In this document: positions 10,002 to 20,243 of the stretch, one piece after another
Layout: each line of letters opens with the position of its first letter
Position numbering within the stretch: the first letter of the stretch is position 1
NCBI GenBank assembly: GCA_048884785.1
Contig: JBHLQM010000002.1
Coordinates: forward strand, 33,044-97,043
DNA length: 64,000 nt
Direction: 5' to 3'
Source: Candidatus Thorarchaeota archaeon
Lineage (GTDB): Archaea > Asgardarchaeota > Thorarchaeia > Thorarchaeales > Thorarchaeaceae
Notes under the pieces: generated by a model
What the model was told of the DNA's origin: nothing
What the model saw: only the letters and a program-made list of their open reading frames with translations
The model's database searches: none
Made by a program: the position numbers and the translations under genes

Positions 10002-11019
10002 GTCAGTGGATACTCTCCTAGACCTATGCTTCAATGGATCCGAGGAAGAACTTGAGATTCTCTTTGAGCGTGCATATCGTATAGCTCGAGATACTTTCTC
10101 CAACACGCTAGGATTTCATGCACCTGGAATGGTTCATTACAGTACGGATTTTTACACAGCCACAGATCCATATCGGTTTCCAAGTGTTTCTGTTTCTGGC
10201 ACTGGATGTGCTCTCAACTGCGAACATTGTAGCGGCCAGCTACTCGAAACAATGATTCCTGCTTTGACTCCTGAGGCGCTATGGGAAACCTGCGTCAAAG
10301 TCAAAGAGCGAAATGGAAAGGGAGTCCTAGTCAGTGGCGGATCCACAATTTACGGAAATACACCGCTTTTAGATTTCATTCCAACGATCAAACGAGTCAA
10401 AGAAGATTTGGAACTTGATATGGTCGTGCATACTGGAATTGTATATCCCGAGATTGCCCGGGCTCTAGGCGATGCTGGTATTGATGGAGCTATGCTGGAT
10501 ATCATCGGTGACAATGAAACAATTCGAGAAGTCTATCATCTTGACGTATCTGTGGACGCTTTTGATGATTCTATGACATACCTGGAGGATCATGGAGTGC
10601 CAATCATGCCTCACATAGTTGTTGGACTATACTATGGAAAAATTGCAGGAGAACCAAATGCTATCCGTATGATTGCAAAACATAACCCTGCGTCCGTCAT
10701 TGTTGTTGCATTCAAACCTCTCGAAAAGACTCCTATGCAAGATGTTACTCCCGCAACTCCTCTAGATATCGCAAGAGTATTACTCGCATCTCGCTTGATT
10801 CTACCTACAAAACCAATCATTCTTGGTTGTGCAAGACCTCATGGTGAACACAGAATGGAAACAGATCGATTAGCAATAAGAGCTGGTATCAATGGTATTG
10901 CATATCCAACAGAAGTCGGTTATGAGTTTGCTATGAAACTTGGTTTACAACTGAAGATGTCTGACAAGTGTTGCTCTTTGATAGACGAGGTACTACCCAA
11001 AAATCGGGAGATGAACTGA
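9994..11019 (+). CDS. lipS1: Radical SAM lipoyl synthase subunit, LipS1-like
   Basis: CALNCEHC; GCAR motif and C-terminal CC; overlaps upstream gene. Confidence 0.75.
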   Translation: MNESVDTLLDLCFNGSEEELEILFERAYRIARDTFSNTLGFHAPGMVHYSTDFYTATDPYRFPSVSVSGTGCALNCEHCSGQLLETMIPALTPEALWETCVKVKERNGKGVLVSGGSTIYGNTPLLDFIPTIKRVKEDLELDMVVHTGIVYPEIARALGDAGIDGAMLDIIGDNETIREVYHLDVSVDAFDDSMTYLEDHGVPIMPHIVVGLYYGKIAGEPNAIRMIAKHNPASVIVVAFKPLEKTPMQDVTPATPLDIARVLLASRLILPTKPIILGCARPHGEHRMETDRLAIRAGINGIAYPTEVGYEFAMKLGLQLKMSDKCCSLIDEVLPKNREMN

Positions 11020-11023
11020 CACC

Positions 11024-12637
11024 ATGTCCAAGTGGAGATTGCTGGACACAGGAGTTATGACGGGTGCTGAGAACATGGCGCTTGATGATGCAATTCTCGA
11101 ATGTCGCGCTTATGGTCGTTCTCCAAATACCTTGAGGTTTCTGCAATTTAGACCAGCAACTGTTCTTGTAGGATTTCACCAATCTATATCGCAAGAAGTG
11201 CGAATAGAATACTGCAAGCAACATAATGTAGAAGTAAACAGAAGAATCACTGGAGGAGGTGCAATTCTCTTTACTCCTTCTTGTCTTGGCTGGGAAATAT
11301 TTGCAGAGAAGTCAGCTCAGGGCATAGAAGAGATGCGATACGATTTAGATAAACTTGCACGCCTCATCTGTTCTGGAACAGTAAGGGGTCTAAAGAAACT
11401 GGGAGTGGATGCTGAGTTTAGACCCAAGAATGACATAGAAGTGAATGGTCGTAAGATATCTGGCACCGGAGGCACTGAACGCGGTGGCGCCTTTTTGTAT
11501 CAAGGTACTTTGTTGATTGACTTCGATGTAGACCTGATGCTTCGTACACTTAGAATTCCAATTGAGAAGCTAGCTGATAAAGAGATTGATAGTGTGAAAG
11601 AAAGGGTTACGTGTCTCAAATGGGAGCTAGGATATGTTCCCCCCCTCAATGATATAAAAGACGCCATAAAAGAGGGATTTCAAGAAGTCCTATCTGTTGA
11701 ATTTGAAAGGGGCGAGTTAACATCTGAGGAAACAAAAGAATTCGTAGAATTGCTCCCTGAGTACCTATCAGAAGATTGGATAGATATGGTAAATCCCCCG
11801 AAAGATCATGCTGGCCATGTGACTGCAATCAGAAAAACTCCTGGAGGTCTCATCCGAGTTTCAATGTCTCTCAACACAGCTGGGAATTTTATCGAAAGTA
11901 GTTACATCACAGGTGACTTCCAAATATTTCCTCAAAGAGCAATTATGGATTTAGAAGCTAAGTTGAAGAATATTGCAGCAGATGAGGATACTATTCGAAA
12001 GAATGTTCTTGAATTCTTTGAGGAATCAGGAGCCAGAATCTTTGGTGTGGAACCAGAAGAGTTGGTTCAACTAATGCTTGAAGGTGCAAAGAAGGTTTCC
12101 TTCAAGGATATCGGAATTTCGCTTGAGGACTCAAATCACCTAATGACTGTGAATTTCCTGCCTGATGAGGTTCTCACCCAGCATTTTGATTATATTCTAC
12201 TTCCTTACTGTGCGAAACTTGTTGGATGTGACTATAGGTATATTGAAGGTTGCATAGAGTGTGGTGAATGCACTATAGGAACAGTGTACACACTCGCCAA
12301 CGATCTTGGCATCCCTGTTAGAACCGTCCAGAATTTTGAGCATCTTATTGAAACCATAAGTGAGTTCAAAGAAAAGGGTGCTCGAGGGTACATTGGTTCT
12401 TGCTGCGAGGCCTTCTATAACAAGCATCATCGAGATTTCTTGGAAACCGAAGTTCCAGGTCTCTTGGTAGATGTTGATGACTCAACATGTTATGAGCTAG
12501 GAGAACAACATGAAGCTTACGTGGGAGAATTTGAGGGTCAGACCGTCCTGAAATTAGACTTGATAATGCGCCTATTGGCAGCACTAAAGGAAAAGGGTAG
12601 ACTGGAGAACAAGGTGGCAGCAAATGCAAAACTATGA
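11024..12637 (+). CDS. lplA: Lipoate:protein ligase (LplA catalytic + LplB-like domain) fused to Cys-rich DUF116-like domain
   Basis: NMALDDA, RRITGGGAI, KNDIEVNGRKISGTG, KTPGGLIRV, ITGDF; tail LPYCAK...CIECGEC...SCC. Confidence 0.85.
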   Translation: MSKWRLLDTGVMTGAENMALDDAILECRAYGRSPNTLRFLQFRPATVLVGFHQSISQEVRIEYCKQHNVEVNRRITGGGAILFTPSCLGWEIFAEKSAQGIEEMRYDLDKLARLICSGTVRGLKKLGVDAEFRPKNDIEVNGRKISGTGGTERGGAFLYQGTLLIDFDVDLMLRTLRIPIEKLADKEIDSVKERVTCLKWELGYVPPLNDIKDAIKEGFQEVLSVEFERGELTSEETKEFVELLPEYLSEDWIDMVNPPKDHAGHVTAIRKTPGGLIRVSMSLNTAGNFIESSYITGDFQIFPQRAIMDLEAKLKNIAADEDTIRKNVLEFFEESGARIFGVEPEELVQLMLEGAKKVSFKDIGISLEDSNHLMTVNFLPDEVLTQHFDYILLPYCAKLVGCDYRYIEGCIECGECTIGTVYTLANDLGIPVRTVQNFEHLIETISEFKEKGARGYIGSCCEAFYNKHHRDFLETEVPGLLVDVDDSTCYELGEQHEAYVGEFEGQTVLKLDLIMRLLAALKEKGRLENKVAANAKL

Positions 12638-13691
12638 TGTTGTGGTCATTGGAGGTGGCCCAGCCGGCTGCAGCACTGCTATAAATTGCGCTAGTCTAGG
12701 TATGGACGTTCTTCTGCTTGAGAAGGGTCCTCGAGGAAGACGGAAGCCCTGTGGCGGAGTTCTGCCATGGATAACATCAGAGGTGATTGAAGACATTATA
12801 GGTGAAGAGATGCCCCCTCATATTTACGATTCCCCTTCGGAGCTAGGACTATACTACGTTCCTCCAAGCGGTAGAAAGAACTCAGGTATAGTGTCAAACT
12901 ATAGAATTCATAATATTGTTCGAGAGCGATTTGATGAATGGCTCCTAAGTGTTGCAATCGATTCCGGAGTTGAAGTCATTACGGAAACGCGATTCACTAA
13001 TTTATCATTAGAAACCCACAACAAGGTTTCTGCTATCAGAGGAGATGAAGTGATTGAAGTTTCATCGGATTATATAGTTGGAGCTGATGGTGTTAGATCG
13101 CAGATTCGAAGAATCATAGAACCGGAGAGCTTTGCTCCAGTATTGCTTGTGGCACAAGAGTTGTGGAGTGGGTGGAAGAAGAGCGACATTGAGGATTGCT
13201 TTTACGGGTTCTTCCGAGGAGATATTTCTATTTCCTATTCGTATATCATACCTAAAGGTGGCAATCTTCTGATAGGTTCAGGCGTTCAGCAGAAAAAATC
13301 GCCCAATCTAATTGAAGGTTTGAGATTGTTTAAAACATGGCTAAAGGAAGAATTCAATTTTCAAGAAGAAACCTTGGTATCAAAAGAAGTATGGGGCATT
13401 CCCTTTGGGTACACTATTCTTGGTCACGGTGATGTAGTACTGGTTGGAGACGCCGCTGGTTTATGTAATCCGTTGTCAGGCGAGGGTATCAGACTTGGAA
13501 TTGAATCAGGAGAATCTGCAGCCGTAGCTATCTCTCGTAGCAAAAAAGGTTCAAATTTGATAGATGCATTCCAGCAGGAAGTGGAAGGACTTGTCGGTAT
13601 GGTTCAAAGGATATTCAATTTTGTACTCTCCCTAGACGATGCAGGACGAGAAAGATTTGTCCAAGAAGAATTATCTCGAGGAATTATCTAA
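12624..13691 (+). CDS. FAD-dependent geranylgeranyl-reductase-family oxidoreductase (LipT-like by context)
   Basis: GGGPAG, KPCGG, GADG, LVGDAAG-x6-GEGI; overlaps ligase gene. Confidence 0.75.
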   Translation: MQNYDVVVIGGGPAGCSTAINCASLGMDVLLLEKGPRGRRKPCGGVLPWITSEVIEDIIGEEMPPHIYDSPSELGLYYVPPSGRKNSGIVSNYRIHNIVRERFDEWLLSVAIDSGVEVITETRFTNLSLETHNKVSAIRGDEVIEVSSDYIVGADGVRSQIRRIIEPESFAPVLLVAQELWSGWKKSDIEDCFYGFFRGDISISYSYIIPKGGNLLIGSGVQQKKSPNLIEGLRLFKTWLKEEFNFQEETLVSKEVWGIPFGYTILGHGDVVLVGDAAGLCNPLSGEGIRLGIESGESAAVAISRSKKGSNLIDAFQQEVEGLVGMVQRIFNFVLSLDDAGRERFVQEELSRGII

Positions 13692-13751
13692 AAAATGCTG
13701 CAGTACTAATAGGATTTGTCAAAACCGATTAACTAGTTGCCTGTGTAGAAT

Positions 13752-13859
13752 CCTCCATTCAATGATGACAAAGAAACTTGGGAAAAAGTACGGAGTAACA
13801 TAAAAGAAGTGAAGGACCGGATTTTCAAATTGCATGGGTTGGATGAGTCACATGATTGA
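13752..13859 (+). pseudogene. Remnant 3' end of a second HDAC/AcuC paralog
   Basis: Translates PPFNDDKETWEKVRSNIKEVKDRIFKLHGLD, matching PPFDDDEETWDIVRKNVEEIEESAFRILGID at the end of 7709..8815; in-frame TAG just upstream, no start. Confidence 0.8.
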
Positions 13860-13920
13860 AGCACCTCATCACAATTGATTAATGCACCTTCACTCTGAAC
13901 AGCAAAAGTTTGGTGAGACA

Positions 13921-15282
13921 ATGCAAATAGAGCAATCTCTTTGCCACCCCGAAAAATGCAACCTCGAATGTCGCGGAGCTTGCATTTCAACACATGGCGA
14001 AGAGCCTCCGATAATATTTGGCGGCGGTAGCCCCTATCCAACAATTGACAAAGAAAGCTGCACACAATGCTTGATGTGCATCCGTGCTTGTCCATATAAT
14101 GCAATTACTGCTGATGAAACTGCTGGGAAAAAGAGAACAAAGGATTACAAGGTAAGAGACGACAAACCAACCTATGTGCCATACAGTGTATCCGATGATC
14201 TAGCAGAATTTTCTGAAGCGGATATGATTTTCGCTCGTGTTCGGAATGATCCTGATTTCAAGAATTATCAGCAAGATGAGTGGTATGGCGCGGAAACTAT
14301 GATTTCGAAGCAAATACAGGGTTATGGCAAATTTGAGCTTGAAATGGCCAAGGCCGGATGGACATTATACGATTACCGTGGGGAGATTAATCCAAAGGAA
14401 ACGGATTTTGCAGACTTAGATTCTGAAATCAATTCCAATGAATACAGAAGCCCAGAATTAACTCGCGAAATCAAGCGGGCTGCGCTATTCTATGGTGCAA
14501 GTCTCGTCGGTATAGCAAATCTTGATCGACGGTGGCTTTACTCATCTAATAGACAACGAGAGCAATACAACATCCCTGAACCAATAAGTAATGTGATCGT
14601 GATGGCCATTGAGATGGACTATACTGGAATAGCAACTTCTCCTGCTTTTACAAGTGCCGCAAATACAGCTTTAGGTTATTCCCGAATGGCATTCCTGGAA
14701 ATTGAATTGTCTGCTCTCATAAGGAAGCTTGGATACACTGCAATTCCTTGTGGCAATGATATATCCTTGAGTATCCCTCAGGCCATCGACGCTGGACTAG
14801 GAATGATAGGCAGAAACGGGCTTCTGATAACGAAGGAATTTGGCCCTCGTGTCAGAATCGCAAAGGTTCTTACTGATATGCCGCTTCAACCAGATTCTCC
14901 TGACAACGAGTTCTGTGAGTCTGTTACTCGATTCTGTGAGGCATGTGAGAAGTGTGCGAAATCTTGCCCATCTCAGTCAATACCGTACGGGAATGAACGT
15001 ACTTGGAATGGCGAAACTCGTTCAAACAATCCTGGCGTAGAGAAGTGGTATGTAAATCCAGAAGGTTGCTATTCATTTTGGGTGCAAAACGGTTCTGACT
15101 GTTCAAACTGCATTCGTTCATGCCCGTATAATAAACGGAACAATTCCTTTCATCGCTTCATCCTTTGGCTAATAGAACATATGCCTTGGATAAACAGACT
15201 CATTGTCAGATTAGATGATTTGATGGGATACGGCAAACAGAAGAACCCGACAAAGTATATGAGTACATTTGAAAAGAATTGA
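13921..15282 (+). CDS. Reductive dehalogenase-like cobalamin/Fe-S protein with extra N-terminal 2x[4Fe-4S] domain
   Basis: GASLVGIA, VIVMAIEMDY, LGY, AIDAGLGMIGRNGLLITKEFGPRVRIAKVLTD, FCEACEKCAKSCP, CYSFW-x6-CSNCIRSCP; no TAT peptide; ATG 13921 preferred over 13882. Confidence 0.85.
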   Translation: MQIEQSLCHPEKCNLECRGACISTHGEEPPIIFGGGSPYPTIDKESCTQCLMCIRACPYNAITADETAGKKRTKDYKVRDDKPTYVPYSVSDDLAEFSEADMIFARVRNDPDFKNYQQDEWYGAETMISKQIQGYGKFELEMAKAGWTLYDYRGEINPKETDFADLDSEINSNEYRSPELTREIKRAALFYGASLVGIANLDRRWLYSSNRQREQYNIPEPISNVIVMAIEMDYTGIATSPAFTSAANTALGYSRMAFLEIELSALIRKLGYTAIPCGNDISLSIPQAIDAGLGMIGRNGLLITKEFGPRVRIAKVLTDMPLQPDSPDNEFCESVTRFCEACEKCAKSCPSQSIPYGNERTWNGETRSNNPGVEKWYVNPEGCYSFWVQNGSDCSNCIRSCPYNKRNNSFHRFILWLIEHMPWINRLIVRLDDLMGYGKQKNPTKYMSTFEKN

Positions 15283-15369
15283 TGAGGTAATAATACAATC
15301 TACTTTATGATAGATATTGGTTCTATCAGGTGCCCTTTATGGCTATGATCTATATAAGGGGAATATTTA

Positions 15370-16821
15370 ATGAGTAAGAAGACAAGGGTCAAGCGCGATT
15401 CAAGTGGTGATCAATCAAGTCAGTTTACTCTTGGGCCTATAAAACTAGATGGCAATACACTCAGCCAAGTCATATCGGACAGCCACGATGCGACACTCAT
15501 TTTGAGCAAGGATCTAGTATTTGAGTATGTTAGCGAAGCTGGCTATCGTATCTTTGGTGGCACTGAAGATGATCTTGTTGGCCACTCTGTCACCGAATTT
15601 ATGGATGAGGATACCGCAAAAACCGTAACAGAGAATTTCTCTAAAAGGTTGAAAGGAAAGGAAATTCCCAGCAGCTATCCCATTACAATATTAGCAAAAG
15701 ATGGCCTCCCCAGATATGTCAATATTAGAGTCCTATTAATAAAAACAGTCGATGGCGAACCGAAAGGATTGGTACATGTCCAGAATCGAACCGATGAAAA
15801 AATCAGCCAAACTCTTCTTGAAGAGTCGGAGAAGCGATACCGAACGCTAGTTGAATCAATGAATGATGGTCTTGCCATTGATGATGCCAATGGAATTCTA
15901 CTATATGCGAATGAAGCGTTCTGCAAAATGCTTGAATATACACCCAATGAAATTATTGGAAAGAATTGGATTGAATTTACGAAGACAAAGGACTACCAGC
16001 TAATTAAAGCAAAAATGGAAGAGAGAAAATCTGGTAAGTCAGACAGATATGAGCTCGAGTGGGTCACGAAATCAGGACGACTGCTACCAACTATCATTTC
16101 TGCATCTCCCATATATAGATCTGATGGCATCTTCAATGGAACATTTGCTGTAGTGACGGAAATAACTGCACAAAAAGAAGCCGAGGATACCGTCCAATTC
16201 TATCTTGACCTGCTAACACATGACATTTCTAATCAACTTCAAGTTATAATGACTTCAGGTGGCCTCCTAGATCAAGAGCTGCCAAAATCATATCTCGAGG
16301 ATGCCAAAAAGGACATCCATGATGCAGTTGAGAGATGTCACAGATTAATAACAAAGGTGAAACGTGCGGGGCAGATGCGGCACCTGCCACGAACAAAAAT
16401 GGATTTGACCACCGTAGTAAAGGAAAAAGTTGCAGTCTTGGAAAGGGTCTATGGTGCTAAAGTCACATTAAAGAATCTAGATGACCCTCACTTGGTTTGG
16501 GCGGATGCACTCCTTGGGGAACTCATTTGGAATATAATGGAGAACGCTGCAAGACACAATCCTACAGAGGACAAGAGGGTTTGGATATCTGTCAAGAAGA
16601 AGAATGGCATATGTGAATTGGACATAGCTGATAATGGACCTGGAATATCAGAAGCGAGAAAGGAATTACTCTTTGATAAGACCAAGCGAATGGGCGGGGT
16701 TGGATTGACTCTTGTTTCGCAGATGGCAAGGAAGTATGGTGGTGCCATTGAAATCTCCGATAGAGTGAAGGACAATCCATCCGAAGGTGCGAAATTCATT
16801 CTCAAACTCATATTGGTCTGA
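15370..16821 (+). CDS. Cytoplasmic PAS-PAS sensor histidine kinase
   Basis: Two PAS/PAC domains, THDISNQL H-box, ENAARH, DNGPGI, GVGL. Confidence 0.9.
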   Translation: MSKKTRVKRDSSGDQSSQFTLGPIKLDGNTLSQVISDSHDATLILSKDLVFEYVSEAGYRIFGGTEDDLVGHSVTEFMDEDTAKTVTENFSKRLKGKEIPSSYPITILAKDGLPRYVNIRVLLIKTVDGEPKGLVHVQNRTDEKISQTLLEESEKRYRTLVESMNDGLAIDDANGILLYANEAFCKMLEYTPNEIIGKNWIEFTKTKDYQLIKAKMEERKSGKSDRYELEWVTKSGRLLPTIISASPIYRSDGIFNGTFAVVTEITAQKEAEDTVQFYLDLLTHDISNQLQVIMTSGGLLDQELPKSYLEDAKKDIHDAVERCHRLITKVKRAGQMRHLPRTKMDLTTVVKEKVAVLERVYGAKVTLKNLDDPHLVWADALLGELIWNIMENAARHNPTEDKRVWISVKKKNGICELDIADNGPGISEARKELLFDKTKRMGGVGLTLVSQMARKYGGAIEISDRVKDNPSEGAKFILKLILV

Positions 16822-16869
16822 ACGTCAATATTGCGTTTGAAATCAGATTTGGCTTTTTAAGCCACCCGC

Positions 16870-17145
16870 CTAATTCTGAGTTTTTTTCTTTATCCGCTCA
16901 TAGAGCCCGAGAAAGAAGTCTCTTTTCTTTATCTTGTCGCTGTTTATGTCAAAGAAGTTTGTCTTTATCCTGTAGAGGCGATTCTTCAAAGCATCGTACG
17001 ACCTTAGTTTCTTCCCTCTGAGGTTTGATTCAAAGACATCTGTCACTGCTTCAGGAAAATTATCAATATATTGACAGCACTTCAGCTGGATATGAAATAG
17101 AGTACTCCTAAGAATATCGTCACGTGTAACGTACACTTCCGTCAT
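16870..17145 (-). CDS. Small basic hypothetical protein
   Basis: 91-aa ORF filling an otherwise empty gap; no recognisable motif. Confidence 0.55.
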   Translation of the reverse strand: MTEVYVTRDDILRSTLFHIQLKCCQYIDNFPEAVTDVFESNLRGKKLRSYDALKNRLYRIKTNFFDINSDKIKKRDFFLGLYERIKKKTQN

Positions 17146-17314
17146 ACAACGGTCCCCAAATGCGAATATTTGATAATACTAAATAAGAGTTCTGGTAGAA
17201 TCCTTCGAGAGTAGTGAATTGTATTAGATTGGGGGGTTCAAATTGTGCCTGTAGAACAGATAGTTGAACATTTATCATAGGAATTCTATGCTCTGAAGCA
17301 GGACAGTATGAGAA

Positions 17315-18010
17315 TTGAGGATAGCATCAATAATTGACATTAGTCTTGTAGATGTTCCAGGAATACCCGTCACTGTAATCTTTACAGGCGGATGCAATTT
17401 TGACTGTCCATACTGCCAAAACGCCTCGTTAATTCCGTTCTCCTCTGGCGAAGAGATCTCTCCTTCTGATATCGTATCTAAAGTGACAAGCTTCCTCACG
17501 GATGGATTCTGTATAACCGGCGGAGAGCCAACTGTTCACAAGGATTTGCCTGAGCTTCTCAAGATACTTAAAACCGAAGTAGGAGGGCACATCAATCTGA
17601 ATACACAGGGGTCGATGCCTTCTGCTCTCAAAGACTGTTTGCCATTTCTCGATTCTGTGTGGTTTGACTTGAAGACAGCACCAGCGAATTATCAAAAAAT
17701 ATGCAGAACGAAAACCGACTTCTGGCCAAAAATATACGAAAGCATGAAACTGCTGATATCTTCTGATGTTGCCTTCTGGCCTCGTACAACATATGTAAAG
17801 AATCTCATTAATCTGCAAGATATCGAGGAGATTTTGAGGGTATTGGACTCTTGTGGGTTTGAGGGTGATTATGTTATTCAGAACTATGTTCAGACATCAG
17901 GCGTTCGGGAAACAGAAGCAAAGCACCTTGAGCGGCCATCACTTGATGAGATAAAAGATGTTTATCAAAATGCTCCTGCCGGAATACGAGTCAAGTTTGA
18001 TTGGCGATAA
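17315..18010 (+). CDS. Glycyl-radical activating enzyme, anaerobic RNR activase (NrdG)-like
   Basis: SLVDVPG...IFTGGCNFDCPYCQN, ITGGEPT; TTG start; no nrdD in the window. Confidence 0.8.
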   Translation: MRIASIIDISLVDVPGIPVTVIFTGGCNFDCPYCQNASLIPFSSGEEISPSDIVSKVTSFLTDGFCITGGEPTVHKDLPELLKILKTEVGGHINLNTQGSMPSALKDCLPFLDSVWFDLKTAPANYQKICRTKTDFWPKIYESMKLLISSDVAFWPRTTYVKNLINLQDIEEILRVLDSCGFEGDYVIQNYVQTSGVRETEAKHLERPSLDEIKDVYQNAPAGIRVKFDWR

Positions 18011-18126
18011 TTCCCCTGAAGAAGAACCCGTTTTGATGTATGTAGAAATAACTTTTTAAACGCCATTCGAGTGACCTTTGTTTGACCTGATTGGTAAACA
18101 GGTCTAAACGTTTGGAAGGCTAAATC

Positions 18127-18867
18127 ATGTTTCCCACTCAGAGCATGGGTTATGACAGGGCAATCACAGTTTTTAGTCCTGAGGGTCGTCTCTATCAAGT
18201 GGAGTATGCCACAGAGGCTGTCCGACACGGTCCGCTTGCTGTAGGTGTCAAGGGGAAAAACGGGGTTGTTCTTGTTGGTGAAAAAAGAACACCAAACAAG
18301 CTTGTTGACCTATCAACTCTGAAGAAGATTCTTCTAATTGATGATCATGTGGGAACAGCTATCGCAGGCCTTCATGCAGACGCAAGAAAGCTCATTGACC
18401 AGGCAAGAGTCAGGGCTCAGATAAATAGACTGAGCTACGATGAGCCAATAACAGTTCAAGCTCTTGTTGTTGATATCTGCGATACAAAACAGATGCATAC
18501 ACAATATGGTGGTGTTCGACCTTTCGGTGTATCATTGCTATTGGCTGGAATTGATGACAATGGAGTCCAGCTATATACAACAGATCCATCTGGGTCGTTT
18601 TGGGGATGGAAAGCGGCAGCGATTGGAAAGGACTCTGATGCAGTCCGGGATTTCTTCGCGGATAATTACAGTCCCAACTTGGATTTGAATGGAGCTTTGA
18701 ACCTTGCTCTCGATGGTATTGAAAAGGTTAGTAGTGATGCGTCAACCGACCCCAAGGAACGCGCTCAGACTCTAGAGATTGGCATGATAGGTGATGATGA
18801 CCTCAAATTCAAAATCCTAACAAATGATGAAGTAGAGGCCATTCTTGAAGCCAGAAAACCAGCTTAG
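18127..18867 (+). CDS. psmA: Proteasome subunit alpha
   Basis: GYDRAITVFSPEGRLYQVEYA, GVRPFGVSLL. Confidence 0.97.
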   Translation: MFPTQSMGYDRAITVFSPEGRLYQVEYATEAVRHGPLAVGVKGKNGVVLVGEKRTPNKLVDLSTLKKILLIDDHVGTAIAGLHADARKLIDQARVRAQINRLSYDEPITVQALVVDICDTKQMHTQYGGVRPFGVSLLLAGIDDNGVQLYTTDPSGSFWGWKAAAIGKDSDAVRDFFADNYSPNLDLNGALNLALDGIEKVSSDASTDPKERAQTLEIGMIGDDDLKFKILTNDEVEAILEARKPA

Positions 18868-18880
18868 AATTAATCGAAAT

Positions 18881-19219
18881 CTAGACCATCTCTGACGAGA
18901 AGCAATTCATTGTGGCAGCTCTGCGAAGTGAATTTCTCATTCTTTCATCATCAGGAATTCCTGTCATAACTGTTTCACACACTCTAATCGCAGGTCTCGA
19001 GCGAATCTCATCAAGTGTTGGCTCTTCTGAAGCTGCAAGCTCATCGATGATTTTGATGATACTCTCCGAGAGACCTTCCTCCTTCATTAATTCCTTGAGG
19101 TATTCACCAGCAACATCACAGAGGTGGCAATCTTCAGCCCTGTAGATTGCAACACATCCTGTTCTTCCGCAAGAAGATCTTGGCAATTCATGAAAGGTTT
19201 TTGTCTTGGAGTATTTCAT
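18881..19219 (-). CDS. Small thioredoxin/glutaredoxin-like protein
   Basis: DCHLC CxxC motif, cis-Pro-like SRPAIRV...GIP. Confidence 0.55.
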   Translation of the reverse strand: MKYSKTKTFHELPRSSCGRTGCVAIYRAEDCHLCDVAGEYLKELMKEEGLSESIIKIIDELAASEEPTLDEIRSRPAIRVCETVMTGIPDDERMRNSLRRAATMNCFSSEMV

Positions 19220-19304
19220 CGAAGAGTCAGTAGATTAGCCTTAATTTTCCATATCAAATGGTGTATTCGTTGGATAGTATTCACCATACTATTGCTTCTC
19301 GTGA

Positions 19305-20189
19305 TTACTTTTTGGCGCTTTCAACAAGTTTGTCTACAATCAAGCCTGCCACATCAATCTTTGCCACTCGTGATAAAGCGCTCCAAGAGGGTGATGCATT
19401 GGCTTCAATAACGCAGGGTCCGTTAGGAGATTCAATAATATCAACGCCCGTATAGTCCAGTTTCAGAGTCTTAGCCGTTTTGATTGCACATTCGCTGTAC
19501 TCCTCATCGAGCTCGGCAAGTTCAGCACGCCCTCCTCCATGAACATTTGTTCTCCACTCTCCGTTCTTGCCTTCAGGCAGGTATCTGTACATTGCTCCGA
19601 TTAATTCATCTCCCACCACGAAAGCTCTAATGTCTCGGTCTGGTTTTTCTATAACTTCCTGGACATAAAGAATCTGACCAAGCTGGTGAATGAATTTCAT
19701 TGCGCGATAGGTGAGCTCTGGATGTTCGGCCCTAATCGCTCCCATTCCTCTTGCACCAATCATCGGTTTGATGATAACATCCCCCACTTCTTGGACAAAT
19801 TCAATTGCCGCTTCAAGATTCTCTCCGACAAATGTCCTCGGAACACGAATCCCTGCTTTATGAAGTGCAGTGAGAGTGGCATACTTGTCTTTAGCCCTTC
19901 GAAAGGAGTATGCAGGATTCATGACATAAATGCCAGCATCCTCAAGATGCTCCAGTAGGCTAATCCTGTAGGTTATTTGGTCTCCAGTTCCGAACCCAAT
20001 TGTTCTGACAATCATCCCTGCCATGTGAGAGATATCCTCATCAATATGTGTGAACTTGTGAGGAATCTCAGATGCGACATCAGAGAGACGAAGTGGATGC
20101 ACATCATGACCCTTTTTCTTCATGGCTTCAATTAGGCTTGCAGTTGCCCAATTGTTGATGTTCTCATGGTAACTGATCCCGAGGAGCAT
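19305..20189 (-). CDS. RimK-family ATP-grasp alpha-L-glutamate ligase (MptN/CofF-like)
   Basis: AKDK, VPRT, IIKPMIGARGMG, YVQE, DIRAFVVG, WRTNVHGGG, GVDII, EANASP. Confidence 0.88.
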   Translation of the reverse strand: MLLGISYHENINNWATASLIEAMKKKGHDVHPLRLSDVASEIPHKFTHIDEDISHMAGMIVRTIGFGTGDQITYRISLLEHLEDAGIYVMNPAYSFRRAKDKYATLTALHKAGIRVPRTFVGENLEAAIEFVQEVGDVIIKPMIGARGMGAIRAEHPELTYRAMKFIHQLGQILYVQEVIEKPDRDIRAFVVGDELIGAMYRYLPEGKNGEWRTNVHGGGRAELAELDEEYSECAIKTAKTLKLDYTGVDIIESPNGPCVIEANASPSWSALSRVAKIDVAGLIVDKLVESAKK

Positions 20190-20243
20190 GAATGAGTCGT
20201 ATCCCAGTGTGCATAAAAGGGCGTCGAAGAAGATTCTAATAAT

